Shown piece after piece: positions 1 to 8,528 of a DNA stretch of 64,000 bases. The position numbers and the translations under genes are program-made. A model generated the notes under the pieces. It searched no databases, was not told where the DNA came from, and was given only the letters and a program-made list of their open reading frames with translations. Source of the DNA: an uncultured Clostridia bacterium (lineage in GTDB: Bacteria; Bacillota; Clostridia; TANB77; CAG-508); the NCBI GenBank assembly GCA_934120045.1, contig CAKOTF010000009.1:2509-66508 (forward strand). The letters run 5' to 3'. Position 1 is the stretch's first letter. Each line of letters begins with the position of its first letter.

Positions 1-198
1 TTGATAACAATGTAATTTTATATCTCCAAAACTATAAATATCTATATATCCTTTTTTCTAAATTAACTCTTGAAACTTCCATCTCTATCTACTCCTTATT
101 TTTATTTATTGAATTTAGTAGCTACTCTATTTTTCTATTTCTGTAATTATTTTACTTTCTGTTTTTATCTTTGTAAAGTACGCACTTTTTTGTTTCAT

Positions 199-216
199 AG
201 TTACTTAAAAGTAACT
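199..216. promoter_or_regulatory. Perfect palindrome AGTTACTT-AA-AAGTAACT in a divergent intergenic region; candidate operator of the HxlR-like regulator
   Basis: Read directly from the sequence. It lies between a minus-strand SD+ATG (80-97) and the hxlR-like start at 378. Confidence 0.4.
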
Positions 217-377
217 TTTTAGATGTTTTGCTATTTATGAAAGATAAATTTTTTTATAAAATGTATTATTTTCGATATATTATATCCGTTTTGACACTAT
301 TGTTGATTTTGTTGTGTTATAGCATTTACTTTTTTATTAACTTTGTTATAATTTGTATAGAATGGAGTTGATTTATA

Positions 378-644
378 ATGAAACAAGAATTACCCGCTTG
401 CCCTGTTGAAATTACAATGGGACTTATTGATGATAAATGGAAAATTTTAATTATTAGAGATTTATTGACTAATAATTTAAGAGATATGGAGAAATCTGGT
501 TTAGTTCATCGTGAGGTCTTTGCTGAAGTTCCTCCAAGAGTTGAGTATTCTCTTACTGATACTGGCTGGAGTTTGAAACCTGTTTTGGATTCTATGGTTC
601 AATGGGTAAATAATTATCGTGAATTGCCAAAAATAGCAGATTAA
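378..644 (+). CDS. HxlR-family winged-helix regulator, abnormally short (88 aa) with an apparent in-frame internal deletion
   Basis: CPVEITMGLIDDKWKILII and GLVHREVFAEVPPRVEYSLTDTG match the HxlR/YodB N- and C-terminal blocks. GGAG SD is present and TGTTATAAT extended -10 lies at 344-352. Confidence 0.7.
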   Translation: MKQELPACPVEITMGLIDDKWKILIIRDLLTNNLRDMEKSGLVHREVFAEVPPRVEYSLTDTGWSLKPVLDSMVQWVNNYRELPKIAD

Positions 645-1142
645 CTATGCTATTTTTACTATTTTATATTTTAAAATTTGAATAAATTCAATCTAATTTC
701 TTCATCGAAGTACCTATCAACATTTCCTTCTATAATGCTTATTACCATTTCACAAGTAGCACTTACAATTGCTTTATTTAAATGTCCTCCAAATACTTCT
801 CCTTTATCATTAGTATAATAAACATTATTGTTATTGCAATATCTAATATCATTCTAATTTTTTCATATTTATATCTCCCTGTTTATTCATATCATTTAGA
901 GTTTACTCCAAGTCAATATTTTTTCTGAAATTTTATATTATTTTTTGGAACAAATACTTTGCTTATATTAAAACATAATACAGTAAATATAATTAATATT
1001 ACAGGACTATTATCATTGTTTTTCTAATCCTATTGCATAGTTCAATTTGTTTTTCTTTTTTGTATAATTCAAAATCATTTTGTTATGCTTAATTTTAATC
1101 GCTATGTATATTATAAAATTGTCAAAATAATTATATCATAAA

Positions 1143-1170
1143 AGACAGATAATTTTAAAATTACCTGTCT
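1143..1170 (-). terminator. Hairpin terminator downstream of the NUDIX gene
   Basis: AGACAGATAATT/AATTACCTGTCT stem flanked by A/T runs. Confidence 0.55.
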
Positions 1171-1192
1171 TTTATTTTACTTCTTTTCTTTT

Positions 1193-1627
1193 TTAATCAT
1201 TTAAAACATCAACAATTTCAATTGGTGCAATTAAATTATTTTTTTTATTATAAACTGCTGTTTTTACATAACTTCCTCTTAATTCATCATCCATTTTATT
1301 CATTATTTCATCATAACCAATCCATTTTACATCCAAAATTTCATTTTTATCATATTTGATATTTTCATTAACCAATTTAGCATTAAAAAATACCATAATT
1401 CTCAAATCATCTTCTAAAATTCTATTAGCGATATAGCAAACTCCATTTAGTTCTACATCACATCCTGTTTCTTCTTTGATTTCTCTAATTGCTCCTTGTT
1501 TTAAGCTCTCTTTAAACTCTAAACGTCCTGCTGGAAAATTCCATTTTCCATAACACATTTTTTTGGCTTCTTGTATCAATAAATATTTTCCGTCTTTTTC
1601 TATAATTCCACCTACTACTATATTCAT
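1193..1627 (-). CDS. NUDIX hydrolase
   Basis: Nudix box GRLEFKESLKQGAIREIKEETG. Start re-called to MNIVVGG behind a GGAGG SD (the track ORF starts at an upstream TTG). Confidence 0.85.
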   Translation of the reverse strand: MNIVVGGIIEKDGKYLLIQEAKKMCYGKWNFPAGRLEFKESLKQGAIREIKEETGCDVELNGVCYIANRILEDDLRIMVFFNAKLVNENIKYDKNEILDVKWIGYDEIMNKMDDELRGSYVKTAVYNKKNNLIAPIEIVDVLND

Positions 1628-1727
1628 AATTTTTTCCTCCAAATATAATTTATCACAAACTTCTAAATCTTACAATGAAATCATCAATATTTAATTTTCT
1701 TTTCTTAGTTTTTTATTATATATTATA

Positions 1728-2132
1728 CTATCTATAAACTACTACTTTGGGAAAACAAGTAATATTATACTCATTACAAGCTTTACATTCTTTATCTATC
1801 AGTTCTTCATTACTATAAACAAATCCATTTTTTAAATAAAATTCGTCTACTTTTGAAATTGTATATACTGGCTTTTCTAATTCTCCTATGGCTTTTTCTA
1901 TTAAAGATTTTCCATATCCTCTATTTCTATATTTTTTATCTACTGCTAATGCCTCAATAAAACTTTTTCCTTTATATATTGAAATAGATACTGCTCCAAT
2001 AATATTTTCATTTTCTAATAAAGCAAATGATCTTATATTATTTCCAAAATATTTTTTTCTTTCATCAAACTCTAGTCCATTTTCTATATAAAAATTAATT
2101 AAACTATCATTATCATATTTATCAAATTTCAT
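1728..2132 (-). CDS. GNAT family N-acetyltransferase
   Basis: Acetyl-CoA motif AVDKKYRNRGYGKSLIEKA; GGAGG SD. Confidence 0.85.
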   Translation of the reverse strand: MKFDKYDNDSLINFYIENGLEFDERKKYFGNNIRSFALLENENIIGAVSISIYKGKSFIEALAVDKKYRNRGYGKSLIEKAIGELEKPVYTISKVDEFYLKNGFVYSNEELIDKECKACNEYNITCFPKVVVYR

Positions 2133-2157
2133 AAAAACCTCCCATTCGATAAATTAT

Positions 2158-2640
2158 CTATTTTAAGTCTTTTATATATCTAACATCACAAGCAAAATGT
2201 TCTGTCTTTACTATTAGTTCATCCACTTTAACAAAGCCATATTTTTCATAAAATCTTTGTGCTGCAATCATATTACTTAATGTTTCTAAGTAACACTTAC
2301 TATAATATTTTTTTGCATATTCTAATGCCATATCCATTAATTTGTGAGATATACCTGTACCTCTTGTTTCAGGTAAACAATACATTTTTTGTAATTCACA
2401 TACGTCTTCAATTCCGTCTAATTTACCTATTCCAACTCCACCAACGATTTTCCCATTTTCATCAATTGCAACCAAATATTTATTTCCATCTGTATTATAA
2501 ATTTCTGAAAATCTTCCTAAATTTGGATCTGCCCAAGCTGTTCCTTCATGATTTGCACCAAATTCAATTAAACAAGCTCTTATTACATTTTCTACTTCTT
2601 TATTATCTTTTTCTTCTATTTCTCTAATATTATACTTCAT
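2158..2640 (-). CDS. GNAT family N-acetyltransferase
   Basis: LQKMYCLPETRGTGISHKLMDMALEYAK motif A; GGAGG SD. Confidence 0.9.
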   Translation of the reverse strand: MKYNIREIEEKDNKEVENVIRACLIEFGANHEGTAWADPNLGRFSEIYNTDGNKYLVAIDENGKIVGGVGIGKLDGIEDVCELQKMYCLPETRGTGISHKLMDMALEYAKKYYSKCYLETLSNMIAAQRFYEKYGFVKVDELIVKTEHFACDVRYIKDLK

Positions 2641-2679
2641 TTTATTCCTCCATAAAGCTTAAATTTATTATTATACTTC

Positions 2680-2709
2680 TTGACTTTTTGCGTTTAAATG
2701 GATTATAAT
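2680..2709 (+). promoter_or_regulatory. Sigma-A-type promoter TTGACT-N18-TATAAT driving sRNA-like locus copy A
   Basis: -35 at 2680-2685 and -10 at 2704-2709. The same geometry with different flanking sequence is found at copy B. Confidence 0.6.
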
Positions 2710-2715
2710 AATTAT

Positions 2716-2886
2716 AGGAAATGGCAAATCCACAAACGTGTTTTTTGCCGAATAGAGTAAAACTCACATCTACTCGTCAAAGTACAGATGTGAGTTGTTT
2801 TTTATTTATGTAGTTGCTTATCAACCCAGTTCTTATACAGAACTGCTGTCAATGAAACCACATCTGCTAATTCTCATTTCTTATGA
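2716..2886 (+). ncRNA. Unclassified structured sRNA-like locus, copy A (paralog of 25443-25583 on the opposite strand)
   Basis: About 85-90% identity by eye to the reverse complement of copy B outside the hairpin loop. It has its own promoter and an internal hairpin+U tract. No ORF is conserved between the copies. Confidence 0.5.
2761..2806. terminator. Bidirectional hairpin terminator inside copy A
   Basis: 11-bp stem AACTCACATCT/AGATGTGAGTT with a 14-nt loop, followed by GTTTTTTATTT. Confidence 0.6.
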
Positions 2887-2891
2887 CATAC

Positions 2892-2920
2892 ATTCTACAA
2901 TACTATTTCAGATTTGTCCA
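2892..2920 (-). promoter_or_regulatory. Convergent (antisense) promoter TGGACA-N17-TAGAAT firing into copy A
   Basis: Hexamers read on the minus strand. The predicted TSS coincides with the right edge of the conserved block. Confidence 0.4.
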
Positions 2921-2986
2921 TACACTATAAACTTTTATATTTGAAATTTCATTAAATTTATTTTATAATACAATTGAGGTGTATAT

Positions 2987-3296
2987 ATGAAAACTATATT
3001 AGATGATGACTTATCATATTTAATATATTCCATAGTAGAAGAAATCCCTGTTCGGATATGTTGCAACTTATGGTCAAATTGCCAGATTAATTGGAAAGCC
3101 TAAAAATTCAAGATTAGTTGGCAAGGCACTAAAAATGGCTTTTCGTTATGGTGATTTTCCTTGCCACAGAGTTGTAAACCATCAAGGCAGAATTACCCCT
3201 GGATGGCCTGAACAAGTAGATTTACTTAAAGAAGAAGGTGTTACCTTTAAAAATGAATTTTGCGTTGATTTAAAAAAACATCAATGGAATATATAA
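2987..3296 (+). pseudogene. MGMT-family (Atl/YbaZ-like, PCHRV) DNA-binding protein gene disrupted by a frameshift
   Basis: Frame 1 gives MKTILDDDLSYLIYSIVEEIP then a stop at 3101. The +1 frame continues YVATYGQIARLIGKPKNSRLVGKALK...FPCHRVVNHQGRI to 3296. The shift is near 3046-3052. Confidence 0.75.
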
Positions 3297-3338
3297 AAGC
3301 AAACCAGAGAAATTTTAAATTTTCTGATTTGCTTTTTT
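3297..3338 (+). terminator. Hairpin terminator after the MGMT-like pseudogene
   Basis: AAGCAAACCAGAGAAA/TTTTCTGATTTGCTT stem followed by a T run. Confidence 0.5.
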
Positions 3339-3392
3339 ATTTTAAAATATTATCCGCTTCCTCTTGATCTACGTAACTATCAAGTTGCACAT

Positions 3393-3740
3393 CTATTTTG
3401 TATAATTTGCTTGTACTTTTTCTGGTAGCTCATTATATTGTACTTCTTCCCATGAATGAACTCCAAATGTTTTTACTTCCAATTTTAGAAAAGCATCTTC
3501 TTTAAGTTCTCTACTTGTTTTAAACTTCAATTCTCTTTTCTTTCCATTTTCATTATAACAATCTAAAGTATACTCATATTTCATATTATCTGAGCTTGAT
3601 ACTTTTTCTATTTTGGTATTATCAATTTGTGTATAATAAATTGATTTATAATTTTCAAAAAAATACAATCCAGTTACACATATTACAATTGCCACAATCA
3701 CTGCAATAACCATTGGTAATTTTTCTTTTAAATCTTCCAT
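3393..3740 (-). CDS. YxeA-family (DUF1093) small exported protein
   Basis: N-terminal TM segment, then YYTQIDN...YEYTLDCYNENGKKRELKF...GVHSWEEV, typical of YxeA. It lies downstream of a Bce-type ABC pair as in B. subtilis yxdLM-yxeA. Confidence 0.8.
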   Translation of the reverse strand: MEDLKEKLPMVIAVIVAIVICVTGLYFFENYKSIYYTQIDNTKIEKVSSSDNMKYEYTLDCYNENGKKRELKFKTSRELKEDAFLKLEVKTFGVHSWEEVQYNELPEKVQANYTK

Positions 3741-3773
3741 TATAACATTTTTTCTTTCTTACTTTTTCAACAA

Positions 3774-5873
3774 CTATTCATCTTCTTTGATAATATTCTT
3801 ACTTCCTAAATAAGTAGCTAAGAAATATATACCATATATGATACCTATAATAATTACTGTCGCAATAGCTGATGGTAATAAATCTTTTTTACTTGCTAAT
3901 CCTGACATTATAGTAATTGCAAATTGTATTCCAAATATAGAATGTATAATTGCAAGAACAAGTGGAACTCCAAAAAATATTCCAATTTGTCTGAATAACG
4001 ATTTATTAATCATTTTTTCATCACAACCAATTTTTCTTAAAATAGTATATCTTTGTCTGTTATCTGAACTATCTGTTAATTGTTTTAAAGCTAAAATAGC
4101 TGAACTTGCAATTAAAAATATAATTCCTAAATAAATTGCTATAAATGTTACAATAGTTGCTAGACCTACACTTGCTTCCATAAGAGCTATTTTCGTTTTT
4201 CCGTCAATATTCAAACCATTTTTATCTAAATTTTGTAAAAGTTCAGAATTATCATCAACAAATATTTTTTCTATCTCTTCTTTTTCCTCTTTAGTATCTG
4301 CATTATAATTTGCAACAAATAAATATTGCTTTTTCATTCTTTCCGTCAATTCACAATCATCTGGAACTAATATAATTCCTGTATTTATATGATTAGTAGA
4401 CATTTGAATATATCCTGTTTTACATTCATTATATTTTGATTTATATTGTTTTCCAACTATATTTAAAACATTATTTCCATCTTTTAATGCTTCATCTCGT
4501 AATTCTTTTTGTGAATCAAAATCACAAAGTACAATATATTCATCATTATTTAATTCATATTGATTAATTCCATATAGTTTTGCAATTTTGTTATAGTCTG
4601 ATATTTTTACTATCTGTTCTGCTGTATTATATAAAAGATTTGGATATCTGGTTTTTATTTCTGCATATTTGTCTCCAAAAAAATCTTTCCAAGTTAAATC
4701 ATCTGTGGAATATACTGTTATTTCCACAATGTCTTTTAAGACATTCATATCTAAGCCATTATTTTTTAAAGTTTCTGTAATAGATATTCTCGAATCAGCC
4801 ATTGCTTCAGCTGTAGATGTAATCTCTTTTCCATAAGTACCATATTGTAAATATTTTTCTGGTAAATTAGCTGTTTTATATAAGTTCAAATCTACAGGGG
4901 TCATTTCGACTAATTCTCTTTGCATTGTATTTCTTAATGCTAAACTTGAAGAAAGTATTGAAATTGTCATAAATAACATTAAACATATTACACTCATACT
5001 TATAACCATTGTATTAATTTTGTTATTTATTTGTCTTAATACAAACATATTTGTATTTTTAAAATAAACATTTTTCATTTTTTGAACTATTTGTATTATA
5101 AATCCTGATAAAGACCAAAAGACTGCTACTGTTCCAACTATTCCCATTAAAATAGGCTGTAAAATTTTATCTGCAGTTGTTAAACTACTAACATCTTCCG
5201 TTACTTTCCAATAAGCATATCCAAGTATAGCTACAGCTCCTAAAAATACTAATATACATATAATTGGATTTTTTATTTTTACATTTTCATTTTTCTTACT
5301 TGCATTTAATAAATCAATTAATTTATATCTTGAAACTGTAAATGTATTAAAGAACATTACTGCCACATACATTACAGCAAAGTAAATACAAGTCTTTATA
5401 CAAGCATCTTTTGAAAATACAAATTGAAACTTGCTCATGTCTGCCTCAAACATTTTAGCAACTAATATTGACATGAATTGTGATGCAAATATACCTATAA
5501 TTAATCCTACAATTAATGATATAATTCCTACTAATATTGTTTCAATTAATATTATTTTTGATATTTGTCTTTTTCCCATTCCAAGTGTCATATATATTCC
5601 AAATTCTTTTTTTCTTCGATTTATTAAGAAATTATTTGCATATACAATTAGTAAACCTAATACTACTGCTACGAATACTGATACATATCCAAGCAATGAA
5701 ATCATAAGTTTTATAATACTTCTTGTTGATTCTGATACTTCTAACATTGCTTGTTGACTATCTATTGAATTAAACATATAAAATATTGCTACACCTAATA
5801 CTAGTGTTAGAAAATAAATTGCATAATCTTTGAAGCTTTTTTTCATATTTCTTATAGATAACTTAAATAACAT
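3774..5873 (-). CDS. BceB-type FtsX-domain ABC transporter permease (10 TM, large extracellular loop)
   Basis: 699 aa. N-terminus MLFKLSIRNMKKSFKDYAIYFLTL, two FtsX blocks, and an 11-nt overlap with the upstream ATPase gene. Confidence 0.9.
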   Translation of the reverse strand: MLFKLSIRNMKKSFKDYAIYFLTLVLGVAIFYMFNSIDSQQAMLEVSESTRSIIKLMISLLGYVSVFVAVVLGLLIVYANNFLINRRKKEFGIYMTLGMGKRQISKIILIETILVGIISLIVGLIIGIFASQFMSILVAKMFEADMSKFQFVFSKDACIKTCIYFAVMYVAVMFFNTFTVSRYKLIDLLNASKKNENVKIKNPIICILVFLGAVAILGYAYWKVTEDVSSLTTADKILQPILMGIVGTVAVFWSLSGFIIQIVQKMKNVYFKNTNMFVLRQINNKINTMVISMSVICLMLFMTISILSSSLALRNTMQRELVEMTPVDLNLYKTANLPEKYLQYGTYGKEITSTAEAMADSRISITETLKNNGLDMNVLKDIVEITVYSTDDLTWKDFFGDKYAEIKTRYPNLLYNTAEQIVKISDYNKIAKLYGINQYELNNDEYIVLCDFDSQKELRDEALKDGNNVLNIVGKQYKSKYNECKTGYIQMSTNHINTGIILVPDDCELTERMKKQYLFVANYNADTKEEKEEIEKIFVDDNSELLQNLDKNGLNIDGKTKIALMEASVGLATIVTFIAIYLGIIFLIASSAILALKQLTDSSDNRQRYTILRKIGCDEKMINKSLFRQIGIFFGVPLVLAIIHSIFGIQFAITIMSGLASKKDLLPSAIATVIIIGIIYGIYFLATYLGSKNIIKEDE

Positions 5874-6630
5874 CGTTCAAATCACCTCCAAGAAGTGTTT
5901 GAACCTCTATTATTTTTTCAAAGAATTGTTTTCTTGTATCATTTCCCTTTACTAATTCATTAAAAATTTTTCCATCTTTTATAAATAAAATTCGATTAGC
6001 ATAAGAAGCGGTAAATGCGTCATGTGTTACCATTAAAATTGTTGCATTCATTTTTTGATTTAATAATTCAAAATTTTCTAATAATTGTCTTGCTGCTTTA
6101 CTATCTAATGCTCCTGTTGGCTCATCTGCTAAAATTAATTTTGGATTTGTAATAATAGCTCTTGCTGATGCAATTCTTTGTTTTTGACCACCAGATACTT
6201 GATAAGGATATTTTTTTAGAATTTCTTTAATTCCTAATTTTTCTGCTATTTCATTTACCCTTCTATCTATTTCATTTGCCTTTACTTTTTGAATTGTTAA
6301 TGCTAAAGCTATATTTTCATAAGCTGTTAATGTATCTAATAAGTTAAAGTCTTGAAATATAAATCCTAACTCTTCTCTTCTAAATTTGTTTAGATTATTT
6401 CCTTTTAATTTTGTGATATCTTCTCCATTTATAATAATGTGTCCTGCTGTTACTCTGTCTATTGTGGAAATACAGTTTAATAATGTTGTTTTTCCTGATC
6501 CACTTGCTCCCATAATTCCAACAAATTCACCTTTGTTTACATCAAAATTAATATTGTCTATGGCTTTTGTTAAATTTGATTTGTTTCCATAGTATTTTTC
6601 GATGTTTTTTACTTCTAATATTTTTTCCAT
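5863..6630 (-). CDS. BceA-type ABC transporter ATP-binding protein
   Basis: Walker A GASGSGKTT, signature SGGQKQR, Walker B LILADEPT. Confidence 0.95.
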   Translation of the reverse strand: MEKILEVKNIEKYYGNKSNLTKAIDNINFDVNKGEFVGIMGASGSGKTTLLNCISTIDRVTAGHIIINGEDITKLKGNNLNKFRREELGFIFQDFNLLDTLTAYENIALALTIQKVKANEIDRRVNEIAEKLGIKEILKKYPYQVSGGQKQRIASARAIITNPKLILADEPTGALDSKAARQLLENFELLNQKMNATILMVTHDAFTASYANRILFIKDGKIFNELVKGNDTRKQFFEKIIEVQTLLGGDLNDVI

Positions 6631-6698
6631 TTTTATAACTCCTTTCTGACTTTAATTTAATTATAAATACTTTCTAGTAAAGTTACCATCGATTTAGC

Positions 6699-6725
6699 TT
6701 ACATATTCCTTACATTTTTGTAAGG
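6699..6725 (-). promoter_or_regulatory. Inverted repeat CCTTACA-N4-TGTAAGG plus an extra TGTAAG half-site upstream of the Bce-like ABC genes; predicted BceR-like response-regulator site
   Basis: Palindrome at 6708-6725 and half-site at 6699-6704. A TATAAT -10 lies at 6660-6665. Confidence 0.5.
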
Positions 6726-6744
6726 TAACAATACTCGTTTCTTT

Positions 6745-7761
6745 TTACTTTAATTCAATATAGCTATCTTTTGGAAACACTAACTTGACTTCTGTACCTT
6801 CATTTTGCACTGAATTTAGTTCTATTCCTATTCCTAATTTATTGCATAACTTTTTACACAAATATAATCCTATTCCTGTTGATTTCTTATTTGATAATCT
6901 TCCATTTGTTCCTGTAAATCCTTTTTCAAAAACTCTTGTAATTTCTCCTTGTTTTATTCCTATTCCGTTGTCTTTAATATATAAAATCACATTCTCTTTT
7001 CCTTGATTTGCATATATTTCAATTACAGAGTTTTCTTTTTTTCTGTATTTGATACTATTTTGTATAATTTGATTTAATATAAATACTATCCATTTGTTGT
7101 CTGTATTAACTTCTATCTCTAAGTCATGAATATCAATAGAAATCTTTTCTTGTATTAAACTACTTTTGTTCTTTTTAATACTTTCATTTACAATTTCTTT
7201 TAAAACCACTTTTCTTATATAATAATCTTTTTCTACAGTATTACTTCTTGCATAAAATAAAGCTTGTTCAATATAATTTTCTACTTTGTCTAGTTCTTCA
7301 TCTATACTTTTGGTTATAGCATTTTTATTGTTTTCTATTACCATTTTACTAGTTGCTATTGGTATTTTTATTTCATGTATCCATAATTCTATATATTCTT
7401 TATAATCTTCTGTCATATATTTGTATTTGTTTACATTTTCTAACATTGATTTATCAATTTGTTCTAATGAGTTTTTAAATATCTGTCCCTCTAAAAAATT
7501 AGGAGTTTTTATAATTTCTGTAATTAAATATTTTTCGTCTAATTCTTCTAAAATTTTTAATAAATTATCATAGAATTTTTTTCTTTTAAAATATTCTATA
7601 ATAATTGAAATCATATATAATCCAATTATTATAAGTGGGATATATATTTTTATGAACATTCCTACATTATATGCCATTAAAAATATTTCTATTGTAATAA
7701 GTCCAAACAATAGTAATAAAATAGTGCTGGCTTTCTCTCTTAAAAATAATTTAAAATCCAT
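6745..7761 (-). CDS. BceS-type intramembrane-sensing histidine kinase
   Basis: Two N-terminal TM segments with almost no external loop. H-box WIHEIKIPIA and G-boxes DNGIGI, GTGIGLYL. Confidence 0.9.
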   Translation of the reverse strand: MDFKLFLREKASTILLLLFGLITIEIFLMAYNVGMFIKIYIPLIIIGLYMISIIIEYFKRKKFYDNLLKILEELDEKYLITEIIKTPNFLEGQIFKNSLEQIDKSMLENVNKYKYMTEDYKEYIELWIHEIKIPIATSKMVIENNKNAITKSIDEELDKVENYIEQALFYARSNTVEKDYYIRKVVLKEIVNESIKKNKSSLIQEKISIDIHDLEIEVNTDNKWIVFILNQIIQNSIKYRKKENSVIEIYANQGKENVILYIKDNGIGIKQGEITRVFEKGFTGTNGRLSNKKSTGIGLYLCKKLCNKLGIGIELNSVQNEGTEVKLVFPKDSYIELK

Positions 7762-8445
7762 TTAGTTTACTCCTTTTTTCAAAATATATCCTTGTCCTCT
7801 TTTTGTTTCTAATAGTTCTTTTAATTCTAGCTCTTCTAATTTATTTCTTAATCTCGTAATATTTACTGTTAATGTATTATCATCTATAAAGCTTTCACTT
7901 TCCCATAAACATTCCATTATATCTTCTCTTGATACAATTTTTCCTCTGTTTTGTACCAGATATTTTAAAATCTTATATTCATTTTTGGTAAGTTCTATTA
8001 CTTTTCCACCTTTTTCAATAGTATTATTTGAGGTATTTAATATAAAATCTTTAACATCTATTTTATCATTTGTTTCTCCTTGCATATTTGTTCTTCTTAG
8101 TAATGATCCTATTTTTGCAAGTAAAATTTGTATGTTAAATGGCTTAGTAATATAATGATCTGCTCCATTATTGATTGAAAGTAATTCATCTATTTCATTA
8201 TCTCTACTTGTTACTATAATAATTGGCATATTTGATTTTTTCCTAATTTCTTTACAGATATATTCTCCGTCTGTGTTTGGTAAATTTATATCTAATAAGA
8301 TTAAATCTGGATTTATTTTTAATATATCATTTATTGTATTATCAAATGTTGTTAGTGCTGTTGCTTCATATCCATTTTTATTTAAAAAGATTTTTAATTC
8401 TTCTCTTAATTTTTCATCATCTTCTATTATTAATATTCTTGGCAT
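7762..8445 (-). CDS. OmpR/PhoB-family response regulator (BceR-like)
   Basis: Receiver motifs ILIIEDD and LLDINLP, winged-helix C-terminus. Start re-called to MPRILII behind a GGAGGG SD. Confidence 0.9.
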   Translation of the reverse strand: MPRILIIEDDEKLREELKIFLNKNGYEATALTTFDNTINDILKINPDLILLDINLPNTDGEYICKEIRKKSNMPIIIVTSRDNEIDELLSINNGADHYITKPFNIQILLAKIGSLLRRTNMQGETNDKIDVKDFILNTSNNTIEKGGKVIELTKNEYKILKYLVQNRGKIVSREDIMECLWESESFIDDNTLTVNITRLRNKLEELELKELLETKRGQGYILKKGVN

Positions 8446-8489
8446 TTGTTTTCCCTCCAATGTTATTATATCATACTTATCACAAAAGA

Positions 8490-8511
8490 AACCTTACATT
8501 TCTGTAAGGTT
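8490..8511 (-). promoter_or_regulatory. Second copy of the CCTTACA-N4-TGTAAGG box, about 20-40 nt upstream of a TGATATAAT -10 of the regulator operon; also a hairpin after the GNAT gene
   Basis: AACCTTACATTTCTGTAAGGTT read directly. The 7-bp arms and 4-nt spacer are identical to the box at 6708-6725. Confidence 0.45.
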
Positions 8512-8528
8512 TTAGATTGTTTTATTTA

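Noticed and set aside
680-880. A possible type I toxin. An SD (GGGAG) and ATG at about 866 open a 5-codon ORF whose TGA overlaps the ATG of a 24-aa hydrophobic peptide (MILDIAITIMFIILMIKEKYLEDI). A third frame holds a start-less ORF of about 60 codons (NDIRYCNNNNVYYTNDKGEVFGGHLNKAIV...).
   Set aside because: No antisense RNA signals or conserved partner are visible. Hydrophobic I/L/F peptides arise easily in AT-rich DNA. The 60-codon frame has no start codon and looks like a gene remnant. This is insufficient evidence for a TA module.
2259-2627. A 122-aa plus-strand ORF, representative of about 50 similar track ORFs that lie antisense to long minus-strand genes. Examples are 1888-2091, 3838-4134, 5431-5757, 8171-8515, 9175-9561, 23034-23423, 35087-35434, 46027-46422, 46861-47133, 56276-56668 and 60994-61320.
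   Set aside because: They are nested inside, or overlap opposite, well-supported genes. Their translations are L/F/I/S-rich low complexity, typical of antisense frames in AT-rich DNA, and they have no SD sequences. I treated them as shadow ORFs.
2716-2886. Alternative readings of the paired loci at 2.7 and 25.5 kb: a type I toxin-antitoxin, a MITE, a known riboswitch, or a tracrRNA/omega-RNA.
   Set aside because: Toxin-antitoxin: there is no conserved peptide ORF on either strand, and indels shift the frames between copies. MITE: there is no target-site duplication, and homology extends asymmetrically into the -10 element. Riboswitch: neither copy is a leader of a downstream gene, and no known aptamer consensus is recognisable. 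tracrRNA/omega-RNA: no cas, tnpB or iscB gene and no repeat array lie nearby. None of these could be excluded by a database search here.
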